64,000 bases of DNA from Candidatus Marinacidobacterales bacterium (GCA_965237955.1 OZ250169.1:5504001-5568000); one strand, 5' to 3'; shown: positions 1-11,159, numbered from the stretch's first letter. The notes: generated by a model from the letters alone, not told the origin. Program-made: numbers and translations.

Positions 1-494
1 TTGACTGGCCGCGCCAGCAGCCGAACGTGGCGCAACCTCTGATACTCCCCGGCGACCGCGTTCTCGCGTCGGCGGGATACGGTGTCGGCGCTAGGCTGTT
101 CCACATCACCGAGGACGGAGCGGAGCTCGTGTGGGAAAGTCTGCGCCTCAAAGCGAAGTTCGCGCACCTCATCTACTACGAAGGCTACGTCTACGGGCTC
201 GATGATGGCATCCTCGTTTGCCTGGATCCGGAGACCGGTCGAAGAAAGTGGAAGCGCGGGCGGTATGGACACGGGCAGCTATTGCTGGTCGAGGACTTGT
301 TGCTCGTCCAGGGCGAGCACGGTGACATCATTCTTATAGAGCCTTCACCCGATGAACTTCGCGAGCTCGCTAGGTTCACGGTGATGGACGCCAAGACCTG
401 GAACACGCCCGCTCTGGCAGGCCGATATCTTCTCGTGAGAAACGATGCGGAAGCGGCGCTCTTCGAGATGCCTGTGGTAACATCCGGACAGTGA
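1..494 (+). CDS. PQQ-binding-like beta-propeller repeat protein (5' end outside window)
   Basis: Frame open from the window start (DWPRQQPNVAQP...); propeller motifs 'GYVYGLDDGILVCLDPETGRRKWK' and 'TWNTPALAGRYLLVRN'. Confidence 0.8.
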   Translation, partial: DWPRQQPNVAQPLILPGDRVLASAGYGVGARLFHITEDGAELVWESLRLKAKFAHLIYYEGYVYGLDDGILVCLDPETGRRKWKRGRYGHGQLLLVEDLLLVQGEHGDIILIEPSPDELRELARFTVMDAKTWNTPALAGRYLLVRNDAEAALFEMPVVTSGQ

Positions 495-724
495 ATGGTA
501 GTCCTCTCGCGGCCCTCATCAACGCCTACAGCCTCGTCGTCTTCGTGCGCGTGATCATCAGCTGGATTCAGTTGCCACCGAACAACCCGATCGCGCACTA
601 TTCGCGGGTGCTGACCGAGCCTGTGCTCGAGCCGATCCGGAAGCTCTTGCCAGCGAGTGGCGGTCTCGACTTCTCGCCTTTGATCCTGTTGCTGTTGCTG
701 CAGTTTATCGCCAGACGCGTTTAG
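491..724 (+). CDS. yggT: YggT family membrane protein
   Basis: 'VRVIISWI...NPI...LTEPVLEPIRKLLP..GGLDFSPLI' YggT signature; GTGA overlap with the upstream gene. Confidence 0.88.
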   Translation: MNGSPLAALINAYSLVVFVRVIISWIQLPPNNPIAHYSRVLTEPVLEPIRKLLPASGGLDFSPLILLLLLQFIARRV

Positions 725-741
725 CGTCCGCTACCTCGGGC

Positions 742-747
742 TATACT
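742..747 (+). promoter_or_regulatory. Putative -10 box (TATACT) for a leaderless transcript
   Basis: TATACT 5 nt before ATG 753; no Shine-Dalgarno. Confidence 0.4.
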
Positions 748-752
748 TGGTT

Positions 753-1627
753 ATGGCCCAACTCGGGCAGCGGCTCGCGCACAACGCAGTGGGGATTTCT
801 TCGTCGATTCGAGCTGCATCGACTGCGACATGTGCCGGTGGATGGCACCGGAGACGTTCGTCCAGCGCCGCGGCCAAGCGAGCGTTCATCGGCAACCGTC
901 GACGGAGGAGCAAACGCATCGAGCGCTCATGGCGCTCCTGTCGTGCCCGACCGCTTCCATTGGCACGGAGACGAAGCACGATGTAACCGCGGCGAGCGCC
1001 GCACTGCCGGACCGGATCGAAGACGGCGTGTACCATTGCGGCTACCACGCGGAGTCGAGCTTTGGCGCGACCAGTTATCTCATTGTCCGCGAAGGAGGCA
1101 ACGTGCTCGTGGACTCACCGCGGTTCACACGTCCGTTGGTGCGCCGCCTCGAAGAGCTAGGCGGTGTACATACGATGTTCCTGACGCATCGGGACGACGT
1201 CGCCGATCACGCGAAGTTCCACGAGCACTTCGGCTGCGAGCGGGTGCTGCACGAAGATGAGATTCGCGGTGGCACGCGCGGTATTGAGCGGCCGATCTCG
1301 GGCTTCGAACCAGTGAAGCTGGATGAGGATTTGCTCGTGGTCCCGACGCCGGGACACACGCTAGGATCGTGCTGTCTGCTGTATCGGGACAAGTTCCTGT
1401 TTACCGGCGATCACATCGCTTGGAGCGAAGCGCGAGGTCACATCTACGGATTTCGCAGCGTGTGCTGGTACGACTGGGATGAGCTGGTCGATTCGACGGA
1501 GAAGCTCAGGCAATACGCCTTCGAATGGATTCTTCCCGGGCACGGCCGCCGGTGTCACTTCTCCATTGAAGACATGGCTGCCGAAATGGCAAAGGCGCTT
1601 CGATGGATGAGCGGCGTTACTGTTTGA
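753..1627 (+). CDS. Ferredoxin-fused MBL-fold metallo-hydrolase (1-nt frameshift near 791)
   Basis: Adding one G to the GGGG run at 791-794 gives MAQLGQRLAHNAVGDFFVDSSCIDCDMCRWMAP (CxxCxxC) in frame with ORF 830..1627, which has THRDDVADH, PGHT, TGDH and PGHG MBL motifs. Confidence 0.85.
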
Positions 1628-3410
1628 TGATCTCGACCGTCACCATCACATCGCCTTCTTGAATCCGATCGACGTTCTCCATCCCTTCGGTGACACGGGC
1701 GAAGACCGTGTAGTTGTGATCGAGGCGGTAGTTGTCCACGAGGTTGATGAAGATCTGGCTATCGCCGGTATCGCGACCGCGCGTCGAGATACCGAGTGTT
1801 CCGCGCTCGTGTGACAGAAGGCCTACTTCGTCGCGGATATACTCGGGCCGCCCGACGAACTCGTTCGCGCCGGGACTTCCGCCCTGGAGCACGAAGTTCG
1901 GGGCGATGCGATGAAACGTCAAACCGTTGTAGTAACCTGATTCGGCCAGCTTCGCGAACTGTGCCGCGGTTAGCAGTGCCGCTTCCGGCAGCAGCTCAAT
2001 CGTGAACGCCCCCGCTTCTTTCATCGAAATGCGCGCTTTCGCCCCTGCGAGTGAATCGAGAAACTCTTTGGAGGGGAGGGGAGCCGGTGCGAAGCGGAGT
2101 GTTTTGGCTTCTTTGGATGTGATCGTTGCGGCCAATCCTGCGATGAACGGGTCGAAGTCGTCCAGGAGATACTCGAGGTCGGTGGCCCCACCGAATTCCT
2201 GAAGGCGTTCCAGAAGACGCCGCCTCGGGTCGCGCGATGTCGCGCGTTTTTGATGGGTAACGCGACGGAGCGTTTTCTGGAGTGTCGGCACGGCTGACGC
2301 GCCGTCTTCCCAGCCTTCGAGAATTCCAAGCGCTCTCATCATGAGCCCATAGTCGTCGTTCGCGAGTGCTTCGAGCGCGTGGTGTGGTGTCACCAACGCC
2401 TCGCCGATGACGTTCGGGTGCTCGTCGCCGCGAAGTGTCGCGAGTGCGTCGTCATCTTCCAGAATCTTGGCGGCTTTTGCCCCGTAGACGCGCGCTTGCC
2501 AAACCTGGTGATTGTTGAATCGTGGCAGCTCTCGTCGCGCCGCCGCCGGATCGACCTTCGCGAGCGACACCAGCGCCCGCGCGGAGCGGCGCCAGCTTTC
2601 GCTCTCGAGGAGGGGCCGGAGCGTCTCCGCCGCGCAGTTCTCGCCGAGAGAATCGATTGCGAGGAGCACGACGTGCTCGCTTGCGTCGGTTAAGGCTCGC
2701 TCAGCTCGCGCGCACGACGGCGCTGCCCGCAGAGCCGCATACCGCACCATCGGCGACGGGTCGTCCCGCCATTCCCGGAGTCCGAGGATCGCCAGCCGGC
2801 GCACCCTCGGGTCGTCGTCGAGCCACGCCGCTTCGAGCGTTTCGACGTCTCGATCGTCAGCACGGTTGAGTACCAGCAAAGCGAGCTGCCGAATCTTGGT
2901 GGATTCGGACTCACGAACGACTTGACGCAGCGCGAGCCGGGCGTCGATGCTCGGATCGATGTCGCGCGTTCGCAAGTAGATTTCGATCCCTTTGACCGCT
3001 CCCAGACGAACGGCCTCCGCCTCCGAAAGTCCTCGCAACAACATGACCTCACCGGTGTCGGGTAGTCGGCCAAGCGCCTCGAACAACGCGGGACGTACTT
3101 GGGGCACGGTCTCTTTCGCGAGTCGTTCGCTTACGCTGCCGCCGGTCGCTTTCATGTGCGCGAGCGCGTTGGCGGCTTCGATCCGCAGTGCGGAAGCGTC
3201 GGCGTCGAGCAGGGGGACCACGTGCGCGGCCAGCTCGGGGCGCTCGAAACGTCCGAGCGCGCGCACGGCCTGAACCTGGATGTCGGGGTCCGTGCTCGAA
3301 AGCGCTTCGATCAGGCGTTTGGCATCGCCGCGGGCATCTTCGACGGCGAGGAGCTCGTAGTCGAGGTTGAGTTGGAGGAGTAAAGCGAGTGCGACCGGCA
3401 TCAAGAACAT
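1617..3410 (-). CDS. HEAT-repeat protein with C-terminal cyclophilin-type peptidyl-prolyl isomerase
   Basis: Signal-like start MFLMPVALALLLQ; HEAT repeats; 'GYYNGLTFHRIAPNFVLQGG...GDSQIFINL...LDHNYTVFARV' cyclophilin motifs. Confidence 0.88.
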   Translation of the reverse strand: MFLMPVALALLLQLNLDYELLAVEDARGDAKRLIEALSSTDPDIQVQAVRALGRFERPELAAHVVPLLDADASALRIEAANALAHMKATGGSVSERLAKETVPQVRPALFEALGRLPDTGEVMLLRGLSEAEAVRLGAVKGIEIYLRTRDIDPSIDARLALRQVVRESESTKIRQLALLVLNRADDRDVETLEAAWLDDDPRVRRLAILGLREWRDDPSPMVRYAALRAAPSCARAERALTDASEHVVLLAIDSLGENCAAETLRPLLESESWRRSARALVSLAKVDPAAARRELPRFNNHQVWQARVYGAKAAKILEDDDALATLRGDEHPNVIGEALVTPHHALEALANDDYGLMMRALGILEGWEDGASAVPTLQKTLRRVTHQKRATSRDPRRRLLERLQEFGGATDLEYLLDDFDPFIAGLAATITSKEAKTLRFAPAPLPSKEFLDSLAGAKARISMKEAGAFTIELLPEAALLTAAQFAKLAESGYYNGLTFHRIAPNFVLQGGSPGANEFVGRPEYIRDEVGLLSHERGTLGISTRGRDTGDSQIFINLVDNYRLDHNYTVFARVTEGMENVDRIQEGDVMVTVEIIKQ

Positions 3411-3424
3411 GGCGGGGAGAAACG

Positions 3425-4012
3425 CTATTCTTGCGGGGCTTCCGGAAGCCACCAGCGAGAGATGTCGATCGATACCGTGCTGAATGGCTCGGCCTGAACC
3501 ACGTCGTTATCCACAAACGTATGGAGTAGAGTCCAGGCGCTGTCAGACAGCCGATAAACCTCGAGCGTCTTCGCGATCGGGTTCACGAGCCACAGGTGCA
3601 CTACCTGCTGCCGGGCGTAGATGCGGAGCTTTCGGCCTCGGTCGATTGATTCGGTGCTCGGGGAGATGATCTCACAAGCCCAACCTGGTGCCAGGTCGAA
3701 CCACGGCGCGTCGGGGGGAACTGGGACTCGCTCGCAACGCCAACCGGCGATGTCGGGCACCACGACATCATCCTAGAAATGAAGCTCAGGCTCGTCCAAG
3801 ATCCACCACCCCCCCGGGCGGTCGCCGCCGCCGCTGGGACCGTGAAAGCGGTTCGTGACGTCCGCACCCAGGATGGAGGATGCGTAGGCATGTCGGAGGC
3901 CTGGCCGAGGGCTGGCAAATGGATCGCCATCGAGAATCTCCGCCACGAGATGGTCTGAAACCCCCAGCAGATCCTGGTACGTGGCTGCCTTTCGCGGTGC
4001 CGTCGCACTCAT
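3425..4012 (-). pseudogene. Uma2/DUF820 family PD-(D/E)XK endonuclease with in-frame TAG
   Basis: ORFs 3773..4012 and 3425..3763 share a frame: 'DEPELHF*DDVVVPDIAGW...EIISPST...DRGRK'; single TAG at 3773-3775. Confidence 0.85.
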
Positions 4013-4463
4013 AACCCCAGCTTAGTATGCGGATTCGTAATTACGGTGACATTCGAACGCCGATCCCGGCTGGCTGCGTTGCTCGACGCCTTCCGCAGCG
4101 AGCCTGTTCGAGCGGAGAGCTAGGCCGCGTCAGCGGCCGAACTGGAAAAATACTCATACATCTAGACTTCTCGCGCCTTGCCAGCCGGACCTCTCAACGT
4201 TCTCGGTACTTCACCGTAAACTATGAACCAGGGCACTTAGGATGATCAACTCGCCGGTTGACACAGGGGCTCGTGGGGTGCCCGGGCGCAGCCCAGTTTA
4301 GGAATCCGCCGTTGAGTCGATCTCGCGACCATGCAGGCAAGTCTCGTGCGCCGAGCTGGGTTCCTTTGTCGTCGTTTGATGGAGCGGCCGCTTTCCCTCT
4401 TCGAGCCAACCGGTTGACGAGAAAACCGAAATCCGCTTTTGGCTGATGCCTTGCAAGGTCCGC

Positions 4464-4574
4464 CCGGACTTCACGATCTCCGGCTGTTCGACGGTCGTGA
4501 TGATCGACCCCGAGACCGGCTCCCGTATCGCCGGAGCCGACCCCCGGCGCGATTGCTACGCGCTGGCCTACTGA
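4464..4574 (+). pseudogene. C-terminal fragment of a gamma-glutamyltransferase
   Basis: Reads PDFTISGCSTVVMIDPETGSRIAGADPRRDCYALAY*; GADPRR is the GGT C-terminal motif; no upstream part present. Confidence 0.6.
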
Positions 4575-4932
4575 GGGGAGGTTTTGACTTTACGGAAAGA
4601 GCAATCCGCCCACTTGTTCGATGCGCCGGTACGAGACGCTCGGAGTGTCACTTCACACCCATGCCCCCGGCGGCAGAGGCGCAGGAACCAGGACAACCCG
4701 CCGTTCGTCTCTGGTCAGCGTGAGATCAACCCGTGACGCTGGCGAAGCTGACTCGCGCGGCGAAGAGGCGGATCACAGCGGACTGGCATGGGGCGCTTCC
4801 TCACCTGGGGATCTTCACCGACATGTGGCACCTAAAGCGAAACGGCCCCGTCATGTGATCGCTCGGACTGTTTCTAGCGGGAATATATAGAACGGGCAGG
4901 TAACGTCCCGTCTCCGGCTGCTTCGACCAGCT

Positions 4933-5337
4933 TCAGGTTGGCGTCGGCAAGACCAGCGAACCGACCCGCGAGATGGAATCGAAGTGATCGTCATACGTCA
5001 GAACCGTCGCCCCTGCGCGAGCCGCTAGCGCTGCAATCCAAACGTCGTTCGTAGGAACCATCGTTCCGGGTGAGCGCAAGTCGACCACGATTTCCGCATA
5101 GATTCGGGCGACGTGGGAATCGACCGACAGCTCTTCGACGACCGGGTTTGCCATGAACTCCTCGAGCTCGAGGGAGTTTTCTTCGCGGCGGCGACCGAGA
5201 ACAAAGCCGGTCCACAATTCACCCACCACGATCGCCGGAAGACCGATCCACTCCGCGCTGTCGATGAGCTCCGTCACCCGTCCGTGGCCTCGTTTGAAAT
5301 TGCTGTACGCCGAGGTGTCAAGACAAAGACGGCTCAT
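4933..5337 (-). CDS. vapC: Type II TA toxin, VapC/PIN domain
   Basis: 'LDTSAY', 'GEL', 'PTNDVWIAA', 'LTYDDHF' acidic PIN motifs; ATGA overlap with the antitoxin. Confidence 0.92.
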   Translation of the reverse strand: MSRLCLDTSAYSNFKRGHGRVTELIDSAEWIGLPAIVVGELWTGFVLGRRREENSLELEEFMANPVVEELSVDSHVARIYAEIVVDLRSPGTMVPTNDVWIAALAARAGATVLTYDDHFDSISRVGSLVLPTPT

Positions 5338-5615
5338 TGCCAGAGCTCTTCGTCAACCTGCTCGAAAAAAGCCGTCGCTTCTTCGAACTCTCGAAACTCG
5401 TCCTCGGACCAGGTTCCCGCAAGGCTCGAGAGTCCGTTGCTGCGGGCTCCAGGCCCGACGCCGAGACCTTGCCTCAGGAGCTCGAGCACCGTCTTGTTGA
5501 GAGAATCCCCCCGCCGCTGCCGCTCCTTATCCAACGCTCTCGCCAGCTCGGGAGGAATGTTCCTAACCGTTATATTCTTCAATAGTTTCCCCTTGTTTGT
5601 ATTCATTGAATGCAT
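5334..5615 (-). CDS. FitA/VapB-like ribbon-helix-helix antitoxin
   Basis: 'NITVRNIPPELARALDKE...SLNKTVLELL' RHH plus acidic tail; directly upstream of vapC. Start could be 5606 or 5585. Confidence 0.85.
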   Translation of the reverse strand: MHSMNTNKGKLLKNITVRNIPPELARALDKERQRRGDSLNKTVLELLRQGLGVGPGARSNGLSSLAGTWSEDEFREFEEATAFFEQVDEELWQ

Positions 5616-5637
5616 TCTATAGCATCATATGAATGCA
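5601..5637. promoter_or_regulatory. Palindromic operator/promoter of the vapBC operon
   Basis: GAATGCATTC palindrome (5608-5617) and inverted repeat TGCATTC-N13-GAATGCA overlapping a TAGAAT -10 on the minus strand. Confidence 0.5.
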
Positions 5638-5736
5638 GTCAAAGCCCTGACGTCCTCCCAGCGGACGGATTGCCCCAGGTTTGCCATATTCACGCCCTCT
5701 CCGTGCGGCCAAATAGAACTCGGAAGGAGACGCGGT

Positions 5737-7150
5737 ATGGAATGGCTTCACAACACGGTTCTCGGGAGAGTGGTTCTGCTCGCGGTGTTCGTCCTCTCGC
5801 TGCAGCTTCCGATCCACTGGATCCATGAGCTGGTCGGCGAGCGCGAGGCCAACCGGCACGCGGCCGTAGCGGAGGTGCAAGCTAGCGCGGGCGGTGCGCA
5901 GATGGCGAGTGGGCCGGTGCTGCTGGTGCCGTATCTGCGCTCTCAGTTGGGGTTCTTCGATCCGTCGAGGCCGGCGACGAAGCGGAACTATGCGATCTTG
6001 CGACCGCAAACGCTCGACGTCCGGGGAACGATGTCGCCGTTAGTGAGAACCCGTGGGATCTTCGATGTTCTGCTGTATCGGGCGTCACTACACTTCGATG
6101 CCGTGTTCGCCCGGCCAAACCCCGCGGACCTGGGACTTGCCGATGAGCAGATCATTTGGGAGGAGGAGGTCGTGGCGCTATCGAGCGACGACATCCCCGC
6201 GTCCATCACCGTCGCGGGCGCGAGCGTCACTCTCGAGTCCGGCCAAGTCGAGCCCTACGTGGTGGCGCCCGTGCCGGTGAGAGATTCGCTCTCGGTCGCC
6301 TACGATTTGGAGATCTCGGGAAGCCAAACTTCTTTTCTGGGCGCTCGACAACGTGACGTCGCTCGAGCTCGACTCCGAATGGCCGCATCCGAAGTTCGTC
6401 GGCATCCATCTTCCCGAGAGTCGGGACGTGCGAGCGGACGGATTCACGGCGACGTGGAATTTGGCGCGGCGATTGAGGCCGCGCCTCGAGACCATCGGTG
6501 GCTCTGCCGGGAACGGTGAGCAAGCTGCGTTCGGCGTCGAGCTCCTTCAGCCTGTGGACGCCTATCGCATGACGCGCCGGGCGATGAAGTACGAGTTCTT
6601 GTTTACGGCGTTGACGTTAGGTATCTTTTTTCTTGTCGAGGTCTTCAGCCGGGCCCGCGTCCACATGGTGCAGTACATTCTCGTCGGGAGCGCGCTCGTC
6701 ATGTTCTACTTGTTGATCCTGTCACTGTCCGAGCACTTATCGTTCGCTGTCGCCTATGCGCTCGCTTCGCTCGGTGTCGTTGCCCTCGTTTGGGGATACG
6801 CGCGCGCGGTCTTCGATGAAGCGTCGCAATCAGCCGTCGTCGGCTCGGTGTTGAGCTTGTTGTATGGGTTTCTGTTCGTGCTGCTGGCGGCACAGGACTA
6901 CTCGTTGCTGATGGGCTCGCTCGGCCTGTTTCTCGTACTCGCGAGCGTGATGTTCTTCACGCGGGATGTGGATTGGTATGCGCTCGGGGAGAGGTCGCCC
7001 GCCGAAGGCGGGCGGGTGGGGGGAGCAGCTAACCGGATCCCCAGCAGGCGGGCGGCGTTGTCTCGATACACCTTCTTCAGGATGGGCCGGGATGGGCGCG
7101 ATCGAAGCGATCCCGGGTTTGATCGAGTCCGTCGCCGACGCCACCGGTGA
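5737..7150 (+). CDS. creD: Cell envelope integrity inner membrane protein CreD (frameshift near 6328)
   Basis: N-part 'LVGEREANR...GPVLLVPY...RTRGIFDVLLY'; C-part 'WPHPKFVG.HLP...FGVELLQPVDAYRMTRRAMKY...VHMVQYILVG...DWYAL'; AGGAG RBS before 5737. The 3' end runs into an opposite-strand fragment. Confidence 0.88.
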
Positions 7151-7466
7151 GATTCACCATGACATCGACGTTCTTTCTGTCCATCACGCTCAGCAGTTCC
7201 TCGGGATCGCCGAGAAAGTCGACGCGCTCGCCGAAGGGCTCATCATTATTAGAGCCCAGCGGTACCGCCGACCAGGTGACGTGCGTGTGGAAGTCGATGA
7301 CCGGGAACATCGCGCGCTCGACAGAAGTCTCCGGCACCCTGAGCATGGTGCGCGGCTCGAAATCCTCGAGCGTGAGTGCCGTGCTCGGTGGATCCTCGGC
7401 TGGTCGACGGCATGCACCCGTGGCGGCCGCGAGCGCCAGCCACTCGCGACGGTTCCACCTCGTCAT
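7020..7466 (-). pseudogene. Tat-exported amidohydrolase_2 family gene with large internal deletion
   Basis: N-term 'NRREWL' Tat motif and 'VIDFHTH' metal site joined near 7085 to the family C-terminus 'ILKKVYRDNAARLLG' in another frame. Confidence 0.7.
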
Positions 7467-7490
7467 AAATCCTTCTTGAAGACGCGTGAG

Positions 7491-7922
7491 ATGCTAGTCT
7501 GCGGAGAGGTGGCAGGAGAAGCTTTGCCGTACCGCAACGTGTTTCGGCCCGCGCGGTGGATTCTTGTGTTTCTCGTGGCGTTTCTTGGTTTCACTGGCGC
7601 CGGAGTCGTCTTCCTGTATCGGAGAGAAGGCGTGAGCTGGCTGGCCGCCGGGCTTTCGGTTCTGTCGATGGTGTTCCTCTTCGGCATTGCGGATTGGGTA
7701 GTATCGAAGATCGTGCTCGGCGAAGAAACCCTCGACATCGTCGAACTATTCCGGCGGCGCTCCTACCCTCGATCGGAGCTCGTCTCTGCCAAGGTGGATG
7801 GCGGACACGTATGCTTGGAGCTCAGCCAAGGAGGCTGGGTAACTCTTCCGGACACCGGTGAGAACGCCCTCGGCGTATGCGACTCCGTTCGGGCGTGGCT
7901 GAAGAAGAGGGAGCGCGCATGA
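7491..7922 (+). CDS. Two-TM membrane protein with probable bacterial PH-like domain
   Basis: 3' part of ORF 6966..7922: two hydrophobic helices then a beta-rich soluble domain; ATGA overlap with the next gene. Confidence 0.6.
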   Translation: MLVCGEVAGEALPYRNVFRPARWILVFLVAFLGFTGAGVVFLYRREGVSWLAAGLSVLSMVFLFGIADWVVSKIVLGEETLDIVELFRRRSYPRSELVSAKVDGGHVCLELSQGGWVTLPDTGENALGVCDSVRAWLKKRERA

Positions 7923-8110
7923 GCGTTATCGACCAACGCTTGAAGAAGATAGGGATCGAGCTTCCTGCGGCCAAGATACCGGTCGCCAACTATCTCGGGA
8001 CGAAACGTTCTGGAGACCTTCTGTTTGTGTCGGTCGCGCTCGGCGCGTCACCCGCGCTAGTGATGGGAGCCCGCGCCGCGACGAAATCGACGACGACGCT
8101 ACTCGGATAA
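7919..8110 (+). pseudogene. Truncated RidA/YjgF family protein
   Basis: 'IDQRLKKIGIELPAAKIPVANYLGTKRSGDLLFVS' matches the RidA-like N-terminus; similarity is lost after ~8033. Confidence 0.7.
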
Positions 8111-8127
8111 CGGCAGTGAAGCGGTGG

Positions 8128-9963
8128 TTAGAGAATGCCGTGAAGGCTCTTGCCGCGAAGGGTCAGCTCATCCACGCGCTTCGTGACCGCCGGGTCTTCG
8201 ACGAGCGGTGGTGCGTGATGCGGTTTCAGGCGCGCATCGATGATGAGGGATTTCGCGCAGCCCCAATGTTTGTGCTCGACGAAGCTCTCCACGCCATGCA
8301 CATCATGTGACGGATTCGAGCGCGTGAACGTCACCCACAAGAAGTTCCGCAGGCTCTCGGATGCGAACGCGTCGTCGTCGACGAGAACGATCAGTGGGAG
8401 CTCTGTCAGAGACTCACCTGACAAGTGTTGTGAGGTCGCTGACATCTCTTTGTCGACGGCGTCGTAGCCTGGAAACGGCGGGGCGCCAACGACCGCAACA
8501 CCCGGCAGAGCGAGAGCGGCGTCGCGGTAGGTCGACGGCAACGTTATCGATGGCAGCGACGTTGCCAAATTCCTTCTTTGGGGACCGACAGCGGCGACGA
8601 CGAGCTTGGAGCCCGCGTTGAGCCTGGTCCCCGAGTAATCGAGGGTATCGATCGTCGTGCTCGTGTGGAAGTGCAGGTCGCGTCGGAAATCGACACGCTC
8701 GAGGAGATGCCGGAAGAAGCTCTCGATGTCTTCGATGTCGAGATCGGGGTCGTCTTCTTGGGCGACGATCAAGAGATATTTGGCGAGCGAGGCCTGACCG
8801 AAGCCGAGGATGGCGTTCGCGTTGGTGAGAAGCTCCTGAGGGGCGCGCTCGTCCGCGGGGCCGTAAGGAACATAACGCTCGCTTCCGATCGCGAGCAACA
8901 GAGGATGCACCCCGGCAGCGTCGATCGCGTGGATGGCTCTCACGCCGGGAAGCTCGACTGGCACCATCGGCGCGGTGATCTCGTGAATGAGCTTTCCGAA
9001 CGTCGTGTCTTCTTGCGGCGGACGCCCAACGACGGTGAACGGCCACACGGCGTCGTCGCGATGATAGACAGCGTCGACTTCGAGAACGGGGAAGGGGTGC
9101 GCGAGGCTGTAGTACCCGAGGTGATCGCCAAAGGGACCTTCGGGGAGCGTGCGCTCGGGATCGATTTTCCCGGTGATGACGAAGTCGGCATCCGCGGAGA
9201 TGGGGTAGCCGTCACGGCGTGCAACCCGGAAGCGGCGTCTGTTGAGCATGCCGCCGAACAAAAGCTCGCTCAGACCTTCCGGAAGCGGCATGACGGCCGC
9301 AAGCGTATGCGCCGGTGGGCCGCCGATGAAGATGCTGACTCGCAACGGCTCGCCACGTCGGACGGCCGCCGTGTGGTGCACGCCGATGCCGCGATGGATT
9401 TGATAGTGAAGCCCGACTTCTTTCCCTGAGCGGTACTCGCCGCCGGCGAGCTGTACTCGATACATGCCGAGGTTCGATTTCATGATGCCGCCGCCGTCGG
9501 GGTGCTCGGTCAAGACTTGCGGGAGAGTAATGAAGGGGCCGCCATCGTCGGGCCAGCACTTGATGGCGGGGAGCGCTTCGATGTTGGTTCGGTTCCGAAG
9601 AACCGGACCGGACGCGACCGACATCGGAAGGGATGCCAGTGCCGTCCACGGCGCCGACGCGTACGAGAACGGCCGTCGCCATGCGCTCGATGGGTCCGCC
9701 TTCAACTGAACGATCCGCTGCACCCGCGCGAGGGTGTCGCGGAACAGAAACCGTGCGCGTTCCATCGTGCCGAACAAGTTGCATACTGCGGGGAAGGGCG
9801 AGCCCTTGACGTTTTCGAACAAGATCGCCGGCGCCCCGGCTTCGTAGGCCCGTCGTTGAATCTCTGCCATCTCGAGATTCGGGTTGATCTCTTCTCGGAC
9901 ACGTACGAGGTGGTGAAGGCGCTCGAGATCGGCGATAGCCGCCCGTAAGCTCTTGTAGCCCAT
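8128..9963 (-). CDS. UbiD family (prFMN-dependent) decarboxylase
   Basis: 'WPDDGGPFITLP', 'NLGMYRVQ', 'EGPFGDHLGYY', 'VGRPPQED', 'DTLDYSG' motifs. Confidence 0.92.
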   Translation of the reverse strand: MGYKSLRAAIADLERLHHLVRVREEINPNLEMAEIQRRAYEAGAPAILFENVKGSPFPAVCNLFGTMERARFLFRDTLARVQRIVQLKADPSSAWRRPFSYASAPWTALASLPMSVASGPVLRNRTNIEALPAIKCWPDDGGPFITLPQVLTEHPDGGGIMKSNLGMYRVQLAGGEYRSGKEVGLHYQIHRGIGVHHTAAVRRGEPLRVSIFIGGPPAHTLAAVMPLPEGLSELLFGGMLNRRRFRVARRDGYPISADADFVITGKIDPERTLPEGPFGDHLGYYSLAHPFPVLEVDAVYHRDDAVWPFTVVGRPPQEDTTFGKLIHEITAPMVPVELPGVRAIHAIDAAGVHPLLLAIGSERYVPYGPADERAPQELLTNANAILGFGQASLAKYLLIVAQEDDPDLDIEDIESFFRHLLERVDFRRDLHFHTSTTIDTLDYSGTRLNAGSKLVVAAVGPQRRNLATSLPSITLPSTYRDAALALPGVAVVGAPPFPGYDAVDKEMSATSQHLSGESLTELPLIVLVDDDAFASESLRNFLWVTFTRSNPSHDVHGVESFVEHKHWGCAKSLIIDARLKPHHAPPLVEDPAVTKRVDELTLRGKSLHGIL

Positions 9964-10018
9964 AGGTTCTAGACGATTCTTTGTCGCCCGCGGTGCCGAG
10001 TCAAGGCTTCGTTGTAGA

Positions 10019-11145
10019 ATGGCCCTGGCAATAATGATGAAGCACGCATTGGCATTAATATTGTTGTCGATCAGAGCCGAGGGGCTCGAGGCCCAGAGCT
10101 ACACTGAGAAGGATTTCCTCACACGCACCCGTCGCCTGACGTTTGACGGGGCCAGGGCGGGTGAAGGCTATTTCTCACCGGATAGAACGCGCATGGTGTT
10201 CCAAAGCGAGCGCGAGCCTGGGAATCCCTTCTATCAGATATACGACCTGGACTTGACGACAGGGGACATCCGACGCATCTCGGCGGGGCACGGCAAGACG
10301 ACGTGCGCGTTCTACCAGCACGATACGTTGAACATCATGTTTGCCTCGACCCACCACGACCCGCGCTCGAAAGAGCTCCAGCAAGAAGAGCTCGATGTGC
10401 GCGCGTCTGGGCGGGAGCGGCGCTATTCGTGGGACTACGACACGGAAATGGAAATCTACGTTTACCAACAGACCACTGGCGAGCTCGAGCGCCTGACGCA
10501 TGCTCTCGGCTACGACGCCGAAGGAAGCTATTCACCGGACGGTGAGTGGATCGTGTTCACGTCGATGCGAGATGCGTACAACCGCGAGCTCTCGAGCGAA
10601 AAGACAAAGCAGCTCGAGGTCGATCCGTCATACTTCGCCGAGATCTACATCATGAAGGCGGACGGGTCGATGCAGACACGGCTGACGAATGTTCCCGGGT
10701 ACGATGGCGGCCCGTTCTTTACCCCGGATGGCGAGCGGATCGTGTGGCGTCGCTTCACCGAGGACGGTCTGATCGCGGACGTGTGGACGATGGACCCCGA
10801 TGGCGGCAACGCGATGCAAGTGACGGATTTCGGTGCGATGAGATGGGCGCCGTACGCGCACCCATCGGGTGAGTACATCTTTTTTGCGAGCAACAAGCTC
10901 GGGTTCACGAACTTCGAGGTCTACATGGTGGACTTCGCCGGAAGGAAAGAACCCGTGCGGGTGACGTATACGGACGGCTTCGACGCTCTTCCCGTTCCTT
11001 CTCCGTCTGCAAGCTCGCGTGGACGTCGAACAGTGACGGCGGTGGCGGAGGGCAAATCTACATCGCCGAGTGGAATCACGAGAAGGCCATGGAAGCGCTT
11101 CTTGCGGCGCCGGAGAAAGGAATGACGCAGGACGGACAACCTTGA
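10019..11145 (+). CDS. TolB-like PD40 beta-propeller protein (frameshift near 11008)
   Basis: Repeated 'EGYFSPD', 'YDAEGSYSPDG', 'YDGGPFFTPDG'; the shifted frame continues KLAWTSN...QIYIAEWNHEKAMEAL to TGA 11145. Confidence 0.82.
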
Positions 11146-11159
11146 CCTTGACCTTGACA

